NCBI GenBank assembly: GCA_965202665.1
Contig: OZ241841.1
Coordinates: forward strand, 2,704,542-2,768,541
DNA from: Candidatus Spongiisociaceae bacterium
GTDB lineage: Bacteria; Actinomycetota; Acidimicrobiia; Spongiisociales; Spongiisociaceae
Reading direction: 5' to 3'
Length of the DNA stretch: 64,000 bases
Below, in pieces: positions 58,379-64,000 of this stretch (within the stretch, counting starts at the first letter, position 1; the number at the start of each line of letters is the position of its first letter). A program made the translations under genes and the position numbers. The notes beneath the pieces were generated by a model. It worked only from the letters and a program-made list of their open reading frames with translations. It had not been told where the DNA came from and did not search any database.

Positions 58379-60124
58379 ATGGGCGAATACCGGGCCCCCC
58401 TGGACGACATCCGCTTCGCCCTGCGGCACATCGCCCGCTTGGACCAGCTGGCCGAGTTGCCCGCCTACTCCCACGCCGACCCGGAAACGGTGCATTCGGC
58501 GCTGGACGAGGCGGCCCGGTTCGTGGGCGACCTGGTGGCCCCCCTGAACCACCCCGGCGATCAGCAGGGCTCGGTTCTGACGGCGGAGGGCGGGGTGCGC
58601 ACCCCCGACGGCTTCCGGGAGGCTTACCGGGCCTACGTGCGAGCCGGGTGGGGAGGGGTGGATTTCCCCGCCGAATGGGGCGGCCATCAGATGCCGAAGG
58701 CGGTCGGCCTGGCTTTTGAGGAAATGCTCGCCTCGGCCAACATGTCGTTCAGCCTGTGCCCCCTCCTCACTTACAGCGGAATCGACGCCCTGCTGGCCCA
58801 CGGTTCCGAAGAGCAACGGGCCGCTTACCTGCCCCGGCTGATCAGCGGGGAATGGTCGGCCGCCATGAACCTGACCGAACCGCAGGCCGGGTCGGACCTG
58901 GGGACGATCGCCGCCCGGGCGGTCCCCGCCGGGGACGGAACCCATCGCATAACCGGCTCCAAAATTTTCATCACCTACGGCGAGCACGATCTGACCGACA
59001 ACATCATCCACTTCGTGCTGGCCCGCACCCCCGGCTCCCCTCCCGGCACCAAAGGGATTTCCATGTTCATCGTCCCCAAGTTTTTGCCGGATGAAAACGG
59101 CGGCCCGGGGCTGCGCAACGACCTGAAAGCGGTGTCGCTGGAACACAAGCTGGGCATCAAAGCCTCCCCCACCTGCGTGATGGCCTACGGGGAGGACGGG
59201 GACGGGGCGGTCGGGTTTCTGCTGGGCGGGGAACATCAGGGAATGCGCAACATGTTCACGATGATGAACGCGGCCCGCATTTCGGTCGGCTTGGAGGGAC
59301 TGGCCATCGCCGAACGGGCCTATCAGCAGGCGGTCGGCTACGCCCGGGAGCGCAAACAGGGGAAGGCCCCGGGAGCCCGGGAGGAGTCCCTGATAGTGGA
59401 ACACCCCGATGTGCGGCGCATGCTGATGACGATGCGGGCCAACATCGAAGCCATGCGGGCTTTGCTCTACCGCACGGCCATGCACCAGGACCTGGCCGAA
59501 CATGCCGCGGACGGGGAAGAGCGGCGCCGGCACGGCAACGCCGTCGCCCTCCTCACCCCGGTGGTGAAAACATGGTGCTCCGACCTGGGGGTTTCCCTCG
59601 CCTCCATCGGCCTGCAAGTGCACGGCGGGATGGGATTCGTGGAGGAAACGGGGGCCGCCCAGCACTACCGGGACGCCCGCATCGCCCCCATTTACGAGGG
59701 CACCAACGGCATTCAGGCCATGGACCTGGTGATGCGCAAACTGCCCATGGACGGAGGCCGGTTCGCCCGCTCCTACATAAAAGAAATGCGGGGGGCGGCG
59801 GACGGGCTGCGGGCGGCGGGGATGGCGGAGGCCGCCCCCCTGCTGGAGCGGGCGGCGGACGGCTTGGCGGAAGCCGCCGAATGGCTGACCGGGGCCGAAC
59901 CGGCGGACCGGCTGGCCGGGGCCGGCCCTTTTTGCCAAATGTTCGGAATTGTGGCCGGCGGGGCGATGATGGCCGAAGCGGCCGCGGCCGCCCCCGACCG
60001 GGCCGCCAAACGGGCCGCGGCCCTTTTCTACCTGGAGCAGATCCTCCCCGGAGCGGCCGCCCATCAACCGGCGGCCACCGCCGGGGCCGCCCCCCTCTTC
60101 GCCCTCTCCCCCGCCGAACTCTGA
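58379..60124 (+). CDS. Acyl-CoA dehydrogenase (DmdC-like subfamily)
   Basis: YRAP, MNLTEPQAGSDLG, KIFITYGEHDLTDNIIH, GTKGISMFIVPK, EHKLGIKASPTC, QVHGGMGFVEETG, IYEGTNGIQA.DL. Confidence 0.9.
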   Translation: MGEYRAPLDDIRFALRHIARLDQLAELPAYSHADPETVHSALDEAARFVGDLVAPLNHPGDQQGSVLTAEGGVRTPDGFREAYRAYVRAGWGGVDFPAEWGGHQMPKAVGLAFEEMLASANMSFSLCPLLTYSGIDALLAHGSEEQRAAYLPRLISGEWSAAMNLTEPQAGSDLGTIAARAVPAGDGTHRITGSKIFITYGEHDLTDNIIHFVLARTPGSPPGTKGISMFIVPKFLPDENGGPGLRNDLKAVSLEHKLGIKASPTCVMAYGEDGDGAVGFLLGGEHQGMRNMFTMMNAARISVGLEGLAIAERAYQQAVGYARERKQGKAPGAREESLIVEHPDVRRMLMTMRANIEAMRALLYRTAMHQDLAEHAADGEERRRHGNAVALLTPVVKTWCSDLGVSLASIGLQVHGGMGFVEETGAAQHYRDARIAPIYEGTNGIQAMDLVMRKLPMDGGRFARSYIKEMRGAADGLRAAGMAEAAPLLERAADGLAEAAEWLTGAEPADRLAGAGPFCQMFGIVAGGAMMAEAAAAAPDRAAKRAAALFYLEQILPGAAAHQPAATAGAAPLFALSPAEL

Positions 60125-60162
60125 CCCCTCCGCGGGGCGGGTAAAACGCCGGGGCCTGCTGG

Positions 60163-60921
60163 TCAGGAGCGGCGGGTTCGCATGTAGGCGGACATGGCCC
60201 GCCGGGATTCCTCATCAGCGGCGGCCGCGGCCAGCAAATGCGAGTCGCCGATGCGGCCGATGGCGGGGGCGATCTGCTCGGCTACTTCGTTGATGGTCCG
60301 TTTCACCTCCCGCAGGGCGTAGGCCGATTTGGAGCACAAAACGTCCGCCAGCTCCCCCACCGCCTCCTCCAGCCGGGCGGCCGGGACCACCCGGTTGACG
60401 AACCCGGCCCGCAACGCCTCCTCGGCCGTGAAAGGACGGCAGGTCATGACCAGTTCCCGGGTGAGGGCGGGGCCGATTTCCCGTATCAGACGCGGCACCC
60501 CCGCCCAGCCCAGGGGCAGTCCCACGTCCACTTCCGGAATGGAAAAATAGGCGTCCTCGGCCGCCACCCGCAGGTCGCAGCAGGCGGCCAGCACCACCCC
60601 TCCCCCCACCACCGCCCCATGCAGGGCGGCCACGGTCACCGCCGGTATGGACTGCACCGCCTCGGTCATTTCCCTTCCCAACTCCCCCGCCTCCAACGGC
60701 GGGCCCTCCTCCCCGCTCAGCAGGGCGAAGTCGGCCCCGGCGCAGAAAGCCCGCCCCTCCCCCCGCAGGATCACCGCCTTCAGCGGCCGTCGCGACACTT
60801 CCTCCGCCGCCTCCCGCAACCGGCGCAGGGCGGAGGAGTTCAAAGAGTTGAGAGACCCGTCCCTGGCGAGGGCGATGACCGCCCGGTCTGGGGACGGATA
60901 AGTTACCGAAACTTCAGTCAT
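60163..60921 (-). CDS. Enoyl-CoA hydratase/isomerase family protein
   Basis: FCAGADF, VGGG, CDLRVA, FSIPEVDVG, FTAEEA..GFVNRVVP. Confidence 0.9.
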   Translation of the reverse strand: MTEVSVTYPSPDRAVIALARDGSLNSLNSSALRRLREAAEEVSRRPLKAVILRGEGRAFCAGADFALLSGEEGPPLEAGELGREMTEAVQSIPAVTVAALHGAVVGGGVVLAACCDLRVAAEDAYFSIPEVDVGLPLGWAGVPRLIREIGPALTRELVMTCRPFTAEEALRAGFVNRVVPAARLEEAVGELADVLCSKSAYALREVKRTINEVAEQIAPAIGRIGDSHLLAAAAADEESRRAMSAYMRTRRS

Positions 60922-60991
60922 GGCGGCCAACTTTACCCTCCGAACGCCCGGGCCGCGTCCCCGCCCGTGTCAGCCGCTCTATGCTTGACCA

Positions 60992-62287
60992 ATGGTTGAT
61001 CCCAACTTCTTGGACTTTGAAACCCTGGGGGTGCACGCCGGCCATCATCCGGATTCCGACTTCGGAGCCCGGGAGGTTCCCATTTACCAGACCGCCTCTT
61101 ACGTGTTCCGGGACGTGGAGCACGCGGCTGGGCTGTTCAACCTGGAAAGGCAAGGGCACATTTACAGCCGCATTTCCAACCCGACCGCGGCCGTGCTGGA
61201 GGAACGTCTGGCCGCCCTGGAAGGCGGGGTGGGGGCGGTGGCCACAGCCTCCGGGATGGCGGCCATGTTCCTGGGGATCGCCACCCTGATGGGGGCGGGC
61301 GGGCACATAGTGTCCTCTTCCAGCTTGTACGGGGGCGCCAACAACCTGCTGGCCGTCACCCTCCCCCGCTTCGGCATTACCGCCACCTTCGTCCATCCCC
61401 GGGATACCGACGGCTTCCGGGAGGCCATCCGCCCCGAAACCCGGTTGGTGTTCGGGGAAACCCTGGGCAATCCCGGCTTGGAAATAATGGACGTCCCGGC
61501 GGTAGCCGAAGTCGCCCATCAGGCGGGGGTGCCCCTGATGCTGGACAACACCTTCGCCACTCCCTACCTGTTCCGCCCCTTCGAGTGGGGGGCGGACCTG
61601 GTTTACCACTCCATCACCAAGTTCATCGGCGGGCATGGGCTGGCGGTGGGCGGGGCCCTCATCGACGGGGGAACCTTCGACTGGGAGGCGTCCGGGCGTT
61701 TCCCCACCCTCACCGAACCCTATCCCTCCTATCACGGCCTCCGCTTCACCGAAGAGTTCGGAACCCAGGCTTTCATCGTGCGGGCCCGGGTGGAGGGACT
61801 CCGGGACTTCGGGGCCCCGTTGGGCCCGCAGGACGCCTTCTACATCCTGCAGGGAACCAAAACCCTGGCCTTGCGCATGCGCCGCCATGTGGAAAACGCC
61901 CGGGCGGTGGCCCGCTTCTTGGAGGAACGGGAGGAGGTGGCTTGGATCACCTACCCGGAGTTGGACGGCCATCCCGACCGGGAACGGGCCGCCCGGTTGC
62001 TTCCCCGGGGATGCGGGGCGATTCTGACTTTCGGCGTCAAAGGGGGCCGGGAGGCGGGCCGCCGTTTCATTGAGCGGTTGCGGGTGTTCTCCCATCTGGC
62101 CAACGTGGGGGACGCCAGGTCGCTGGTCATCCATCCCGCCTCCACCACCCATTCCACGATGAGCCCCGAACAGTTGCAACGGGCCGGGGTGGGCGAGGAC
62201 TTGGTGCGCCTTTCCATCGGCTTGGAGGATCCCGGCGACCTGATCGACGACTTGACGTCCGCCCTGCGGGCTTCGCAACGGGGATGA
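60992..62287 (+). CDS. metY: O-acetylhomoserine aminocarboxypropyltransferase / sulfhydrylase
   Basis: PIYQTASYVF, HIYSRISNPT, GETLGNP, HSITKFIGGHG, SHLANVGDARSLVIHPASTTH. Confidence 0.92.
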   Translation: MVDPNFLDFETLGVHAGHHPDSDFGAREVPIYQTASYVFRDVEHAAGLFNLERQGHIYSRISNPTAAVLEERLAALEGGVGAVATASGMAAMFLGIATLMGAGGHIVSSSSLYGGANNLLAVTLPRFGITATFVHPRDTDGFREAIRPETRLVFGETLGNPGLEIMDVPAVAEVAHQAGVPLMLDNTFATPYLFRPFEWGADLVYHSITKFIGGHGLAVGGALIDGGTFDWEASGRFPTLTEPYPSYHGLRFTEEFGTQAFIVRARVEGLRDFGAPLGPQDAFYILQGTKTLALRMRRHVENARAVARFLEEREEVAWITYPELDGHPDRERAARLLPRGCGAILTFGVKGGREAGRRFIERLRVFSHLANVGDARSLVIHPASTTHSTMSPEQLQRAGVGEDLVRLSIGLEDPGDLIDDLTSALRASQRG

Positions 62288-62288
62288 G

Positions 62289-63104
62289 ATGGAACTAGCG
62301 GTGGACGGCGCGGCGGTTTCCGCCACCACCGGCGGACGGGACCCCGGCCCGCAAGCCCCCCTGCTGGTGATGGTGCACGGGGCGGCTTTGGACAAAACCA
62401 TCTGGCAGTTGCAGACCCGTTTCTTCTCCCATCGCGGCTACGCGGTGCTGGCTTTGGACCTGCCCGGCCACGGGGCCTCCGGCGGCCGGCCCTTTCCCTC
62501 CATCGCCGAATACGCCGAATGGGTGATCCGGGTTTTGGACGCCGCCGGGCGCCGGCGGGCCCATCTGGTCGGCCATTCCATGGGGGGGCTCATCGTTTTG
62601 GAGGCGGCCGCCCGCCATCCCGACCGGGTGCGCACCCTGGCTTTGATGGGCGGCGCGGCGGCCATGCCGGTCCATCCCGCCCTGTTGCAGGCGGCCGCCG
62701 ACGATGATCCCCTCGCCTACCGGTTGATGACCTCCTGGGGTTACGGGAAACGTTCCCATCTGGGAGGGCATCAAACCCCCGGCTTGTGGATGACCGGGGC
62801 CGCCTTGCGGCTGTGGGAAAGGGCGGCCCCCGGCCTGTTGGCCAACGACCTGCGGGCCTGCGATGAGTATTCGGGCGGCCCGGCGGCGGCCCGGGCGGTA
62901 ACGCGCCCGACGCTGCTGGTCACCGGGGCCATCGACATCATGGCCCCTCCCTCCTCCGCCGCGCCCCTGCGGGAAGGACTTGCCGACTGGGAGGAGTCGG
63001 TGATCGCCGGAGCGGGCCACATCATGATGATCGAACGGCCCGATCCGGTGATCGACGCCCTGGCCTCTTTTCTGAAACGGCGGGGCGGGGAACCTTCTTC
63101 TTAG
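62289..63104 (+). CDS. Alpha/beta hydrolase
   Basis: VHGA, DLPGHG.S, GHSMGG nucleophile elbow, D.M.P, AGH..MIE; coupled to metY. Confidence 0.9.
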   Translation: MELAVDGAAVSATTGGRDPGPQAPLLVMVHGAALDKTIWQLQTRFFSHRGYAVLALDLPGHGASGGRPFPSIAEYAEWVIRVLDAAGRRRAHLVGHSMGGLIVLEAAARHPDRVRTLALMGGAAAMPVHPALLQAAADDDPLAYRLMTSWGYGKRSHLGGHQTPGLWMTGAALRLWERAAPGLLANDLRACDEYSGGPAAARAVTRPTLLVTGAIDIMAPPSSAAPLREGLADWEESVIAGAGHIMMIERPDPVIDALASFLKRRGGEPSS

Positions 63105-63829
63105 GCGGGCGGCCGGGACGGGCGTTCGGGGTCGAAAAGTTCCCCCTGCGGCGTTTCGCGGCGGTAACGTCCCAGTCCGGTCCAGGGAAGGTGCTCCATA
63201 AACACCCAGCTGCGGCGGTGGATGCCGGACGGCCCCCAGGCGGCCAGGGCGGCCCGGTGGCGGGGGCAGGGGTAGCCTTTGTTGTCGGCGAAAGAATAGT
63301 TGGGATAGTGGGGCGACAATTCCCGCATGATCCGATCGCGGGTCACTTTGGCCAGGATGGAAGCGGCGGCGATGGTGAGGGAAGTGGCGTCCCCCCGCAC
63401 CATGCGGATGACGCCCGGCCCCCCCACGAAGTCCCAACGGCCGTCCAGCAGGATCCGATCCGGGGAAACCCCCAGTGCCCGCAGGGCCCGGCGGGCGGCC
63501 AGCCGTTGCGCCTCCGACATCCCCAGTTGGTCGCACTCCTCGTGGCTGGCGTGGCCCACCGCCCACGCCCGGCACCAGTCCGCCACCCGGTCGAACAAGC
63601 CCTCCCGTTCCTCCTCGGTGAGCATTTTGGAGTCCCGGATTTTGTAGACCCGGCGCTGGGGGGGAGCCACCGCCACCCCCACCGTGAGCGGCCCGGCCCA
63701 CGCCCCCCTTCCCACCTCGTCCACCCCCGCCACCAGCCGGTGGCCCTCCTCCCACAGGGTGCGCTCCGCCCGCAGGGAAGGCGCGGCCCGGCGCAGGACC
63801 GGCCTTAGTTTGGGGAGGGGGGCGGCCAT
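63101..63829 (-). CDS. rnhB: Ribonuclease HII
   Basis: AGVDEVGRGAWAGP, RDSKML, LLDG, GDA..IAAASILAKVTRD, NKGY, HRRSW. Confidence 0.95.
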   Translation of the reverse strand: MAAPLPKLRPVLRRAAPSLRAERTLWEEGHRLVAGVDEVGRGAWAGPLTVGVAVAPPQRRVYKIRDSKMLTEEEREGLFDRVADWCRAWAVGHASHEECDQLGMSEAQRLAARRALRALGVSPDRILLDGRWDFVGGPGVIRMVRGDATSLTIAAASILAKVTRDRIMRELSPHYPNYSFADNKGYPCPRHRAALAAWGPSGIHRRSWVFMEHLPWTGLGRYRRETPQGELFDPERPSRPPA

Positions 63830-63919
63830 AAGCCGACCCTAACCGGCGCCCCACCCGCCGGGCCCCCCGCCCCGGGTTTTAGTTGTACTTGGCCAAGCCA
63901 GGGGGATCAGGAGGGTGGG

Positions 63920-64000
63920 TTATGATTCTCCGGTGGTGGTGGGGGCTTGGTTGATTACTCTTACGAAGAAGGACGCCATCTGCGCCCGGGTTACCGGATT
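63920..64000 (-). CDS. 3' end of an SLH-like domain surface protein (partial, runs off the window)
   Basis: Translates NPVTRAQMASFFVRVINQAPTTTGES*, nearly identical to the C-terminus of the giant protein. Confidence 0.75.
   Translation of the reverse strand, partial: NPVTRAQMASFFVRVINQAPTTTGES

Overview
High-GC actinobacterial chromosome segment, probably class Acidimicrobiia. This is inferred from the pgsA-patA-pimA-pdxST-yebC block, an F420-dependent LLM enzyme, DtxR/IdeR boxes and SLH-like surface proteins; a host-associated or marine lifestyle is plausible but unproven. It appears to contain the replication terminus: a dif site at 10039-10066 where the G/C strand bias flips, flanked by accessory genes (endonuclease VII-like gene, ISL3 scar, low-GC RloA/RloB pair). 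Other content: a nucleoside-type ABC transporter, an IS481 inserted in a decayed vapC, a ~2090-aa repetitive SLH-anchored surface protein, a CPA1-USP-putA operon, an IS-scar region holding a small low-GC operon, a DNA methyltransferase frameshifted at a C12 tract, an intact vapBC and a sulfur-amino-acid/acyl-CoA cluster. The most striking element is a ~15 kb iron-uptake island (38.3-53.0 kb: heme ABC, Fe3+ ABC, EfeOB). A four-gene lipid-carrier glycosylation module is interleaved with it and translationally coupled to it: a uronate-epimerase-like SDR, a mutase-like flavoprotein, a flippase-GT2 fusion and a GT-C transferase. All four promoter regions carry tandem IdeR/DtxR-like boxes spaced 23 bp apart.
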